The translations under genes were made by a program, and so were the position numbers. Below the pieces are notes generated by a model. It was not told where the DNA came from, searched no databases, and saw nothing but the letters and a program-made list of their open reading frames with translations. A stretch of DNA of 64,000 nucleotides from an uncultured Alphaproteobacteria bacterium (GTDB lineage Bacteria; Pseudomonadota; Alphaproteobacteria; Methylaequorales; Methylaequoraceae): assembly GCA_902536655.1 (NCBI GenBank), contig CACAYF010000001.1:39627-103626 (forward strand), in the 5' to 3' direction. Below, piece by piece: positions 29,464 through 38,574 of this stretch. Numbering within the stretch: position 1 is the stretch's first letter; the number at the start of each line of letters is the position of its first letter.

Positions 29464-30099
29464 TTAATTTGTAATAGATTTAAATTCCTCAAGCTTATTC
29501 AATGGCTCATAGTTACAAATTTCATTGTAATAATTATTCAGTACAGGAGTTTGATTTAAAAATGCAGGATCTATGAGATCAAGCTTACCAGAACAAAACC
29601 AATAAATAACCCTCCAAGCTGTTATATCTGCAATACTAAATTTGTCTGTAAAAAACTTTTTATTTAATGAAGAATTCTTTAATAAATTTTCTAAGTAGGA
29701 AAACCATAAAACTAAATCATTTTCTATAAACTCTTGACGAAGTTTCTTTGACTTAGCAAAGTTTTTTTCTCTTATTGCCGCTCTAATCGAGGGAGCAATG
29801 TGAGTTGTTATTTCGTTAGCCCAATCTAATACTTGATCTATGATTAATATCTTTAATTCATTTGTATCGTACAGAGAGGCACGCGTCGCGCAAAATTTTG
29901 CTAGAGTATGTGTTTGTGAAAACTGTTTATTATTTATAATCATTACTGGAAGTTGACCAAATGGGAATTTTTTTTTTTCTTTTGGCCACTGTTGTCTTTT
30001 AATTCTAATATATTCGTAAGGAATTTTTGAGTGAGACAGACATAATCTCAAAATGTCTATTCTCCAAAAGTTAAAATCAAAATAAACGAGCTTTATCAT
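29464..30099 (-). CDS. Glutathione S-transferase-like protein
   Basis: N-terminal thioredoxin-like region with FGQLPVMIINNK; 211 aa. Confidence 0.45.
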   Translation of the reverse strand: MIKLVYFDFNFWRIDILRLCLSHSKIPYEYIRIKRQQWPKEKKKFPFGQLPVMIINNKQFSQTHTLAKFCATRASLYDTNELKILIIDQVLDWANEITTHIAPSIRAAIREKNFAKSKKLRQEFIENDLVLWFSYLENLLKNSSLNKKFFTDKFSIADITAWRVIYWFCSGKLDLIDPAFLNQTPVLNNYYNEICNYEPLNKLEEFKSITN

Positions 30100-30878
30100 T
30101 ATTTCTCTGCAAATGCTTTTTCAATAACAAATCCACCTTGAACTTTTGTGGAACCTTCTTTAGAACCAAGGTTTTCAAATATTTTTTTTAAATCATATGT
30201 CATCTCTTCTGAACCGCAAATCATTACTCTATCAATTTCAGGTTTGAAGTGTTCTACACCAACTTTTTTCCATAATGTATTTTCTTTTATCCAGTCTGTA
30301 ATTCTTCCTTCATTAACCCATTTTTCTCTTGTAACAGTGTTAAAATAAATGAAATTATTTTTTGTCACTTCAGAATAAACCTCATCGTTGTTAAGGTTTG
30401 TAAGCAAATCTCTGTAAGCAAGTTCTTTAGATGTTCTTACCGTATGAGTTAAAATAATCTTTTCAAATTTTTCGTATGTTTCAGGATCTCTTACTATACT
30501 CATGAAGGGAGCTAACCCTGTCCCAGTTGAAAATAAAAAAAGATTTCTTCCGGGCAGAAGGTAGTCACACACTAGTGTTCCAGTTGGTTTTGAATTAATA
30601 ATTATTTCATCATCAATTTTTACATGTTGAAGCTTACTAGTTAATGGTCCGTTAGGAACTTTAATGCTTAAAAACTCTAAATGATCTTCATGATTAGGAC
30701 TAACTACAGAATAAGCTCGTAACAATGGTTTTCCATCAATTTCAAGTCCTATCATAGCGAATTCACCATTTTTAAACCTAAAACTCATATCTCTAGTTGT
30801 TTTGAAACTAAATGTTTTGTCAGTCCAGTGGTGGATTTCAGTTACTTTTTCTTTTAGAAGAGCCATTAAATTTTTCAA
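30099..30878 (-). CDS. fpr: Ferredoxin--NADP+ reductase (bacterial Fpr type)
   Basis: RAYSVVS FAD-binding motif and GTGLAPF NADP-binding motif. Confidence 0.7.
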   Translation of the reverse strand: MKNLMALLKEKVTEIHHWTDKTFSFKTTRDMSFRFKNGEFAMIGLEIDGKPLLRAYSVVSPNHEDHLEFLSIKVPNGPLTSKLQHVKIDDEIIINSKPTGTLVCDYLLPGRNLFLFSTGTGLAPFMSIVRDPETYEKFEKIILTHTVRTSKELAYRDLLTNLNNDEVYSEVTKNNFIYFNTVTREKWVNEGRITDWIKENTLWKKVGVEHFKPEIDRVMICGSEEMTYDLKKIFENLGSKEGSTKVQGGFVIEKAFAEK

Positions 30879-30941
30879 AAAAACATCATATTATTGATTT
30901 ATAATTATGATATAAACCTTAATTATATAATTTTTAAATAA

Positions 30942-33900
30942 ATGACAAGTATTAATATTAGAAAATTATCTCATTCCGAGATGGATTTGTACAGGAAACC
31001 ACTATTACCTGAAAAATGGAGTTGTTTCCCTGTTGATAAAGACATCGATACTCAACAGTTAAGAAAAATTTTGCAAAAAGATTTAGATAAAATTAGATCT
31101 GGTGCAGAAAAAGATCCGTTTTCCAATTCAATCACAATGTTAGCTCTTGATATTTCTAGAAGGTTAGAGAAGAATAAACTAAATTATTCTGCACTTGAAG
31201 CTTTGATTCAAAGGTTAGCTGTTGGTTCATTTGGTCTTCGTGCTGATCGTTTAAAATCTTATATCGGTAAAATAGACAAAAAACAAAATACTGAAATAAT
31301 CAGAAAAATCATTACAAACCTAGCATTTGAAAAAAAGAAAAAGTTAACGTTTAAAGAATTTAACTGCAAGATTTCGAAAGAAATATTTGGAATTGTATTA
31401 ACAGCACATCCAACTTTTGGAATGACCTATAATATGATGTTAGAACTGGCAAAATTGGCTACATCAAAAAATAATAATAAAAAACTTACTGATAAAGAAT
31501 TAAAGGGGATTGTTAAAGAAGTCTTCAAGACCGAGCAAAGACCAGAAAAGAAAATAACACTTAATTTTGAACACTCTCTGTCAATGTCTGCTCTAAAATT
31601 TCTTCAAACTTCACTGGGAACATTTTATGAGGTAATCATAGATGTCTCAAAAAAATTATTTCCAAGTGATTATCACAGAATAACCCCACAGATTTTTAGA
31701 TTACATACTTGGGTTGGATATGATGTTGATGGAAGAGGTGATATATTCTGGAACGATAGTTTTTCAAAAAGGCTTCAGGTTAAGGTTGAGCAACTAGATA
31801 TTTATAAAAAAAAGATAAATAAAATTATAAAATTAAATAAAGACAAACATTGCGGAATTGAGTTGTCAAAAATAAAAAATATTATCACTAATGCAATTCA
31901 AACTAATGCTGAAGTGCTTAAAAAATTTTCAGAAAATGGTTTTGTAAATGATTTTAATTCCATTAAAAAGGTATCAAATTTTCTACATAAAAATAAAGAT
32001 AAGTTGCTCACAAACACTTTGCTAATTCGAGAAAAAATTTCATATGTTATAAATTATTTATTCGAAAAAGATTCGAATAAAAATAAAAATATTATTAATG
32101 AAATATTAATTTTTAAAATTGAATTATCAAACTTTGGACTTGGTTTAGGAAGAACACAATTAAGACTAAACGCCAATCAATTAAATAATGCTATATCTAA
32201 AGAAATTAATCTGAGCGGAGATCCCAATGATCCCTCAAATAAACTTACATATCTAAATATAATCTCAAAAATGATTGATAATGTTAAACCCGTTAAAATT
32301 AATTTTGGAAGTATTTATGAAGAAAATATGAATGCAAGAAGATATTTTATGCTAACAAAACAAATCTTGAAATATATAGACGAAAATCAGTCAATAAGAT
32401 TTCTGATAGCTGAATGTGATTATCCACTTACTGTTATGACAGCATTATATTTCTCAAAATTGTTTGGGGTAGAAAGTAAAATCGATATATCACCTTTATT
32501 TGAGACAGAGAAAGGAATTGAGATTGGAGACGATGTAATTAGAACACTTTTAAGAAATTCAAATTTTAAAAAATACATATTATCTCGAAAGAAACTCACA
32601 GTTCAAACAGGATTCTCAGATGCAGGAAGATACTTAGGACAATCTGCAGCTGTTTTATCAATTGAAAATTTGCAAAGAAAAATTGCAAAAGCAATGCATG
32701 ATTTGAATATAACAAACGTAAAACTTTTAATCTTTAATACTCACGGAGAATCAATTGGAAGAGGTGGACATCCTGTATCCTTAATTGATAGGTTGAAATA
32801 TGTGAGTTGTAATTATACTCGCAAAAAACTTGTGGATTGGAAAATTGATTTAATTCAAGAAATGAGTTTTCAAGGTGGTGACGGTTATCAATACTTTATG
32901 AATCATGATTTAGCTTTCGCTGCTATCTCAAGAATTACAGAATTTTGTTATAATAATAATAGTTCTGAAAAATCAGATGCATTGTATGATTCAGTAGATT
33001 TTGGTATAGAGTTTGTTAATACAATTAAAAATTTTAATACAGAAATAATGGATGATCCAAATTATGCAGCACTTTTAAATGTTTTTGGATCTAATTTGAC
33101 TCACTCAACTGGATCAAGATCAGTGAAGCGCCATATTGACTCTTCTATAAAGACACTTGTTTATCATCCAAGTCAGACAAGAGCAATACCGCAGAATTCG
33201 ATTCTTCAGCAACTTGGAATGCTAGCAAACTCTTTAGGGGGAGTAGGAAGATTTATAGGGAAAGACCCAAAAAAATTCGTTAGATTATACAACAATTCCG
33301 ATAGATTTAAAAGAGTAATGGACATAGTGCAATATGCATTTGCTTTTAGTGATATAGAAGTATTAAAAGCTTACATAGATTGTTTTGATCCAGGTATGTG
33401 GTTGTCTTGGTCAACAAGAACCGCAGATTCAGAAAGAAGTAAAAATATGAAAGAAGTTGCAAATTTACTTGAAAAATTTGATGTTCATTGGAGACTTAAT
33501 AAAGTTTACAGAGGACTGCATCAGGAATATATGGAAATAAGAAACTGGATTTTAGGTCGAAAACTCAGCGGGAGAATTGCTGTAGGAAGAGGAAGAGTAA
33601 TTGAAAAAGAAATCAGAGACGAATTATTGTTAATGCATGGGATACGAGTTGCGATTTTTCATGAAATTTTTTTACTCTCCGTCAGAATACCAAAGTTCAG
33701 TGATCAGGCAGGTACGTCGAGAGACGAAGTAATTGCAAAATTAATAAGATTTGACGTTTTTAACGCAGTCGAGACTCTAAGGAAAATCTTTCCAGTTGGT
33801 CAAGCAAAAACTTCGAACATTGGTTTTTCTGACAAATCAAACTATGTAAGTGAGGGTAACATTAATTATACAAAAGAAGAAAAAAACATTTTCCAAAAAT

Positions 33901-33971
33901 TAGAAGCCTTATATGAATGTGCAAGACGAGTTAGCAATGGAATCAATCACTTCATAGGATCTGTAGGTTAG
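30942..33971 (+). CDS. ppc: Phosphoenolpyruvate carboxylase (divergent)
   Basis: VLTAHPTF, GFSDAGRYLGQ (GYSDSxKDxG-like) and HGESIGRGGHP (FHGRGGxxGRGG-like) PEPC motifs; 1009 aa. Confidence 0.65.
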   Translation: MTSINIRKLSHSEMDLYRKPLLPEKWSCFPVDKDIDTQQLRKILQKDLDKIRSGAEKDPFSNSITMLALDISRRLEKNKLNYSALEALIQRLAVGSFGLRADRLKSYIGKIDKKQNTEIIRKIITNLAFEKKKKLTFKEFNCKISKEIFGIVLTAHPTFGMTYNMMLELAKLATSKNNNKKLTDKELKGIVKEVFKTEQRPEKKITLNFEHSLSMSALKFLQTSLGTFYEVIIDVSKKLFPSDYHRITPQIFRLHTWVGYDVDGRGDIFWNDSFSKRLQVKVEQLDIYKKKINKIIKLNKDKHCGIELSKIKNIITNAIQTNAEVLKKFSENGFVNDFNSIKKVSNFLHKNKDKLLTNTLLIREKISYVINYLFEKDSNKNKNIINEILIFKIELSNFGLGLGRTQLRLNANQLNNAISKEINLSGDPNDPSNKLTYLNIISKMIDNVKPVKINFGSIYEENMNARRYFMLTKQILKYIDENQSIRFLIAECDYPLTVMTALYFSKLFGVESKIDISPLFETEKGIEIGDDVIRTLLRNSNFKKYILSRKKLTVQTGFSDAGRYLGQSAAVLSIENLQRKIAKAMHDLNITNVKLLIFNTHGESIGRGGHPVSLIDRLKYVSCNYTRKKLVDWKIDLIQEMSFQGGDGYQYFMNHDLAFAAISRITEFCYNNNSSEKSDALYDSVDFGIEFVNTIKNFNTEIMDDPNYAALLNVFGSNLTHSTGSRSVKRHIDSSIKTLVYHPSQTRAIPQNSILQQLGMLANSLGGVGRFIGKDPKKFVRLYNNSDRFKRVMDIVQYAFAFSDIEVLKAYIDCFDPGMWLSWSTRTADSERSKNMKEVANLLEKFDVHWRLNKVYRGLHQEYMEIRNWILGRKLSGRIAVGRGRVIEKEIRDELLLMHGIRVAIFHEIFLLSVRIPKFSDQAGTSRDEVIAKLIRFDVFNAVETLRKIFPVGQAKTSNIGFSDKSNYVSEGNINYTKEEKNIFQKLEALYECARRVSNGINHFIGSVG

Positions 33972-33977
33972 TAAGAG

Positions 33978-34790
33978 TTATTTCTTTTTTTCAGCTTTAT
34001 AGTGATCTTCAATTGCACCTATGTCTTTATCCGATAAATTCAGTTTTTCTGATAATAACCGTAGTTCCTCTCTTTCCTCTTTATCAATAACATCATCTTT
34101 CAGCATAAATTTTAATTTGTCTTCATATTTTTTTTGATTCCTTCTTGTGAATTCTGTAAAAGCTGATGCCATGATTCCAGCTGGCAATGCAACCGTTCCA
34201 ATTCCTAAAATAATACTTATAGACCCAAAAAATTTTCCTAAATTTGTAATCGGGTACACATCTCCGTAACCAACTGTTGTTAGAGTAACTAATGCCCACC
34301 ACATAGATTGAGGGATACTTCCAAATTTTTCTGGTTGAACGTCTTTTTCAACTAAGTACATTCCACTTGATACGATTATTAAAGCTATAAACAATAAAAA
34401 AAATGCTGCTGCAAAGGACCTTCTTTGATCCCATAATACAGAAATTAAACTATTAATTGAACCTGAGTATCTTGAAAATTTTAACAACCTTACAATCCTC
34501 AATGCTCTGACAAATCTAAGATCAATAGATGGGTAAAATAATGCGACAAGACTTGGAAGTATTGCAACAGCGTCAATTATAGCTCCAAAACTAAAAATAT
34601 ATCTGACTCTTTTTTTATAATCACTCTCTTTTTCATTTTCTTTTGAAACACAAGACCACAACCTAAGTAGATATTCTATTGTAAAAATTAATACAGAAAA
34701 ATACTCGAAATAATTGAAGTAAATTTCAAATTTTTCATAAATTGAATCAACCGTTTCTAAAATTACTGAAAAAACATTCAATGTTATCAA
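33978..34790 (-). CDS. Voltage-gated potassium channel (Kv-like, 6TM)
   Basis: Selectivity filter TTVGYGD; S4 voltage sensor with Arg at every third position (RALRIVRLLKFSR). Confidence 0.65.
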   Translation of the reverse strand: MITLNVFSVILETVDSIYEKFEIYFNYFEYFSVLIFTIEYLLRLWSCVSKENEKESDYKKRVRYIFSFGAIIDAVAILPSLVALFYPSIDLRFVRALRIVRLLKFSRYSGSINSLISVLWDQRRSFAAAFFLLFIALIIVSSGMYLVEKDVQPEKFGSIPQSMWWALVTLTTVGYGDVYPITNLGKFFGSISIILGIGTVALPAGIMASAFTEFTRRNQKKYEDKLKFMLKDDVIDKEEREELRLLSEKLNLSDKDIGAIEDHYKAEKKK

Positions 34791-34905
34791 TGTAAGAAGA
34801 AAAAGGTCAGTTATCTTACTTGCTATATCTTTATCTTGTCCTGGTTCAAGTAATTGCCAACATCTATATTGTATTTGTTTAATATTAATTGGTTGCTCCT
34901 GAGAA

Positions 34906-35193
34906 TTATTTTTTAGGACACGTTATTTCTTTTTGGCATGTATTCCCTGGAGAACCAAGGTATATCTCTTTATCTTTTGCTCCTCTTTTCTGAGATTGAT
35001 AGGTACAAACAACGTCACCTGGAACTTTTCTTTCACTAATAAGCCTGCATTTTGGTTGAATAACAATTCTCTTTCTTCTGTCAAATGTTCCCTCTTCAGG
35101 GGCATATGTTCTACCTTTTGTTTTTGGTAAAGCGTCAACCATAAAGGGAATCATAAAACAAAATATTACATAAAGACTAAGAATTTTCCTCAT
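34906..35193 (-). CDS. small secreted Cys-containing protein, hypothetical
   Basis: Probable start at MRKILSLYVIFCF (signal peptide) inside the longer tracked ORF. Confidence 0.3.
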   Translation of the reverse strand: MRKILSLYVIFCFMIPFMVDALPKTKGRTYAPEEGTFDRRKRIVIQPKCRLISERKVPGDVVCTYQSQKRGAKDKEIYLGSPGNTCQKEITCPKK

Positions 35194-35428
35194 CAGGTTT
35201 TTCCTTATTCTGAGTATTTGTTTTTGTGGATGTTTCTTCGTCTGATCCAGGCATATAAGCAGAACCTTGAATTGACTTTGCAACAAATTTGTTCATTAAA
35301 GTATCTGATTTTTTTACATAATCTTCAAGCTCTTCTTGCAAAATTTTTTCTGCCTCTTCCTTACTATTAGCTTCGATTTCAGCTAGTCCATCAACTATCC
35401 AGTGAACTTTATAAATCATCTTCATCAT
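35177..35428 (-). CDS. hypothetical protein (83 aa)
   Basis: ORF only; acidic C-terminus. Confidence 0.25.
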   Translation of the reverse strand: MMKMIYKVHWIVDGLAEIEANSKEEAEKILQEELEDYVKKSDTLMNKFVAKSIQGSAYMPGSDEETSTKTNTQNKEKPDEENS

Positions 35429-36065
35429 TATTAGAATTAAAATATTTATTTTTTGTTAGGATTTCATTGGCTTGAACCTGAATTTCTGTTATTTTTTCCT
35501 TTTCAATTAACTTTCCAACTCTATCCCTAAATTTCATGGCTTTATATATTCCTGAACTTACAGACACAGAATACCATAAATATGATTTTTCAAAATCAAT
35601 TTCTGGAGAAATTTTTTCATACCAATAACCTAATTGAAAAGCTGATATTGGGTTGTTATCGTTAACATACTCATTTTCAAGAATTATAGGGATAGTTTTA
35701 GAAATTTTTAAAAACTCATCTTCTTCAATTTTTTCTTCAATTGATTTTATTTTATTTAAACATTTTTTATTTCCGTTTAGTGAACAAAGCCAGGTATACT
35801 TTAGTGACTTACTAAAGTCTTGGGTGGTTCCGATACCCTCAAAATACATATTTGATAAATTAAAAATTGCATCTTTATTTCCTTTTTCAGAAAGATTAAA
35901 AAAAACAATAAAAGATTTTTTGAACTCTCCATTCTCATAAAAATTTACTCCACTTTTATAGTATTCCACATCATTCAAATATTTATTTTCAGATGTTGTT
36001 GTATCTGCGAAAGATAATTCTTTAACGAAAAAAAAGATTAAAAAAACTAAAAGAAACTGTTTCAC
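35409..36065 (-). CDS. Sel1/TPR-like repeat protein, secreted
   Basis: Signal peptide; Sel1-like AIFNLSNMYFEGIGTTQDFSKSLKY repeat. Confidence 0.45.
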   Translation of the reverse strand: MKQFLLVFLIFFFVKELSFADTTTSENKYLNDVEYYKSGVNFYENGEFKKSFIVFFNLSEKGNKDAIFNLSNMYFEGIGTTQDFSKSLKYTWLCSLNGNKKCLNKIKSIEEKIEEDEFLKISKTIPIILENEYVNDNNPISAFQLGYWYEKISPEIDFEKSYLWYSVSVSSGIYKAMKFRDRVGKLIEKEKITEIQVQANEILTKNKYFNSNNDEDDL

Positions 36066-36445
36066 CTTCCCGCCATCATTATTAATTGCAAATATAAAAC
36101 TCTTAATCTAAATTTGGAATTTGGTCTTTGTTCATAAACAACAATTCTTGGTCTATCAGAATTGGGTTTTTGAAATTCTATTGACATGTCCTCTGGAAGA
36201 TATACTCCATTAAATTCCAAAGTTTTTTGAGGATCTTGTTCAAACTCTTCTTTAAATTTAGAATCTATCCAAATCCTAGCTAGAACTCTCCCAAGTATAT
36301 CTGGAAGAAACTTTCTAACTTCAGATCTATTTTTGAAATGATGAAGTTTATTAGTTATATCAAGTGTTTTCGTTTTGTCTTGATTAACAGTTATAACTTC
36401 GTTTTTTTTTGTTTTAACTGGAAGATTTTGTTGTTTTTTTTTCAT
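36062..36445 (-). CDS. NHLP (nitrile-hydratase-leader-peptide)-like domain protein
   Basis: RVLARIWIDSKFKEEFEQDPQKTLEFNGVYLPEDMSI resembles the NHLP leader consensus (AKAWxDPxFKxxLLxDPxxxLxExGxxxPxGxEV); no Cys/Ser/Thr-rich core follows. Confidence 0.35.
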   Translation of the reverse strand: MKKKQQNLPVKTKKNEVITVNQDKTKTLDITNKLHHFKNRSEVRKFLPDILGRVLARIWIDSKFKEEFEQDPQKTLEFNGVYLPEDMSIEFQKPNSDRPRIVVYEQRPNSKFRLRVLYLQLIMMAGR

Positions 36446-36531
36446 AGCTAAATTTACTATATATCTAAATCATAATTTAAAATAAATCATTAATTTATTA
36501 AAATTTTGAAAATATTGTCGTTAACTAACTT

Positions 36532-36804
36532 ATGCATAGCACGAAGAACATTATTGAATTCCCAAATTTAATAAACCAAAAGAAAGAAAAAATGGTTGAA
36601 ATTAGAGATGAAATTGAAAAGATTTTAACAAACTACGCCATTAATGAGCAAGATTTATGGGCTGTTTCACTTGCTGCTGGAAGATTTGCTTCAATCCATC
36701 TTGAAAAGTTGGATGGTGAAAAGCAGACGATTAATTTTTTCAAAAATTGCATTGAAACGCAAAGAAAGTTTGAACTAACTAGAAATTCTTCCAACATTAC
36801 CTGA
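36532..36804 (+). CDS. hypothetical protein (90 aa)
   Basis: ORF only. Confidence 0.2.
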   Translation: MHSTKNIIEFPNLINQKKEKMVEIRDEIEKILTNYAINEQDLWAVSLAAGRFASIHLEKLDGEKQTINFFKNCIETQRKFELTRNSSNIT

Positions 36805-37092
36805 AATTTGAGCTCCAGTATCAACGGAAAGTGAATTTGTTTTTAATTTACCGTCAATTACACCACTGTTAGATACCTCTAAAAGGTCAGCTGTAATATC
36901 TCCATCAACTTTTCCCTCTACTTTTATGTGTTCTGCATTAATGTTTCCATTGAATAGTGCTGTGGGTTCAATAACCACTGATCTCGCAACAATATTACCT
37001 TTAAAATTTCCTGCTATAACAACTTGGCCTTCTTTCGACTCCAATTGTCCTTCCATAAGAAGATTTTTGTTAATGTAAGTTATATCACTCAT
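36775..37092 (-). CDS. Bactofilin (DUF583) paralog 3
   Basis: Beta-helical repeats VIAGNFKGNIVARSVVIEP...GKVDGDITAD...VIDGKLKT. Confidence 0.65.
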   Translation of the reverse strand: MSDITYINKNLLMEGQLESKEGQVVIAGNFKGNIVARSVVIEPTALFNGNINAEHIKVEGKVDGDITADLLEVSNSGVIDGKLKTNSLSVDTGAQISGNVGRISS

Positions 37093-37446
37093 TTAATCCT
37101 CAGCATGCTTATTATTTTTTAACTTATTTTCATCCCAGTTATGGATGATTTTACAGTTAAGTGCTGCACCTCTATCCATCTGAAGTGATTTGTAATTAAT
37201 TTCTCCAGTAATCACAGAAGAATCTGTTAGCCAAACAGAATCAGCTTTAATTTTACCTTGATAGTTTCCAGAAATTACAACTAATTCAGATATTATTGAC
37301 CCCTCAAGTGAAGCATATTTGCCAAGTGTTACCTTATCGGATTTAATATCTGCTTCTACTCTTCCATTAATTTCTATAGTTGATGCATTAGATATTTTAC
37401 CTTTAAATATCGCTCCTCTTCCTATGATTGATTGATTATCTGCCAT
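37093..37446 (-). CDS. Bactofilin paralog 2
   Basis: IIGRGAIFKGKISNASTIEINGRVEADIKSDKVTL... bactofilin repeats. Confidence 0.65.
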   Translation of the reverse strand: MADNQSIIGRGAIFKGKISNASTIEINGRVEADIKSDKVTLGKYASLEGSIISELVVISGNYQGKIKADSVWLTDSSVITGEINYKSLQMDRGAALNCKIIHNWDENKLKNNKHAED

Positions 37447-37448
37447 TA

Positions 37449-37871
37449 TTAAACACCTTTAGGTTTTTTTGATTGTTTCTTTCTTTTTTCTTTCTCTAAA
37501 CTTTTATCTTCGATTCTTTTATCTAACCCTCGGAAAAGCTGGACCTCTAAATTAGCACCGGGTCTTGCACTTAAACTGTTGTAATACATATTACCTTTTA
37601 TGTTTGCTGCAGATTCTATAGCCAATGATTCAGCAGTAACATCCCCCTCAAATTTACCTCCAATTATACATTCGAAAGCTTTTATATTACCTTTCTGATT
37701 TCCTTCAGCAGAAATATGAACATGTTCGCATTCTATATTACCTTTAACAATTCCTTTAAGCACTAACTTTCCACTGCATTTTATATTACCATTAATTTGC
37801 ATTTCGGTACCAATTACACTAGAGGAAGTCGATGCTTTTTTTTGAGTTTTATCTGGATTTCTAGAAAACAT
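37449..37871 (-). CDS. Bactofilin paralog 1 (Lys-rich C-terminal tail)
   Basis: VIGTEMQINGNIKCSGKLVLKGIVKGNIECEHVHI... bactofilin repeats. Confidence 0.65.
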   Translation of the reverse strand: MFSRNPDKTQKKASTSSSVIGTEMQINGNIKCSGKLVLKGIVKGNIECEHVHISAEGNQKGNIKAFECIIGGKFEGDVTAESLAIESAANIKGNMYYNSLSARPGANLEVQLFRGLDKRIEDKSLEKEKRKKQSKKPKGV

Positions 37872-37882
37872 ATTTCTACATT

Positions 37883-37899
37883 TGCAATAATTTTGCCAA
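37883..37899 (-). promoter_or_regulatory. Candidate sigma-54-like promoter upstream of the bactofilin triad
   Basis: Minus strand TGGCAAA-ATTA-TTGC. Very close to the annotated bactofilin start, so it fits better if translation begins at the internal Met (MQINGNIK, ~37802). Confidence 0.3.
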
Positions 37900-37970
37900 T
37901 TTATTCAATTTTAAGAACTTTAACCATTATCATAAAAAAAATTAAAAAAAAAGTTTTATTATTTAAATTT

Positions 37971-37986
37971 TGGCTTACTAAATGCA
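37971..37986 (+). promoter_or_regulatory. Candidate sigma-54-like promoter upstream of the tail-anchored protein / M23 peptidase / SLT operon
   Basis: TGGCTTA-CTAA-ATGCA (GG...GC spacing correct; -12 is aTGC instead of TTGC), ~45 nt upstream of the ATG at 38028. Confidence 0.3.
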
Positions 37987-38027
37987 TAAATTTACTTTTA
38001 ATAAATTTTATTGTAAGTTAATAAATT

Positions 38028-38570
38028 ATGAGTGAACCAGTAATTGACATTAGAGATAGAATAGAAAAGATGAGAAATCAGATGACTGTACCTGCCTCTA
38101 AAGTTTCTAGTTCAGAAACAAAAGTCGAAAGTAAAAAAGTTGAATCCGTACCAAGCGACAAAGCTGCAAACATTAATGTAGAAAACATAGAAAAAAAAAT
38201 AAGTAAAAACAACTTTGAAATAGCCGATAAAGAAAATATTAGATTTAAGAAAAACGAAAAATCAGCAGCTGATTATGAGGCACAAAAGCATAAACTAAAA
38301 AAAGATGAAGAACCCGATATTATTGAAAAAATAGAATTTGAAAAACAAAAGACTTTTGAAACTAAACAAAATTATAAGACCTATGACAGCTATCAAAATG
38401 ATAGAGTTGTTGATGATAAAAAACAATCAGTTAAGTTTGACGAAAAACAGCCATTTCCTCAGTTTAGCTTAAATGTTAGTAATCCTATTTCTTGGAAACT
38501 TATGTTGCTAATTATGTTAATGCAACTATTAACCAATATGATGTTGGTTGTTGTTCTATACTTGAAATGA
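38028..38570 (+). CDS. tail-anchored membrane protein with charged disordered N-terminal region, hypothetical
   Basis: K/E-rich low-complexity region; single C-terminal TM. Confidence 0.3.
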   Translation: MSEPVIDIRDRIEKMRNQMTVPASKVSSSETKVESKKVESVPSDKAANINVENIEKKISKNNFEIADKENIRFKKNEKSAADYEAQKHKLKKDEEPDIIEKIEFEKQKTFETKQNYKTYDSYQNDRVVDDKKQSVKFDEKQPFPQFSLNVSNPISWKLMLLIMLMQLLTNMMLVVVLYLK

Positions 38571-38574
38571 TTAA

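Noticed and set aside
36062-36445. The NHLP-like protein considered as a genuine nitrile hydratase alpha subunit.
   Set aside because: Far too short (127 aa), lacks the CxLCSC metal-binding motif, and no beta subunit or activator gene is adjacent.
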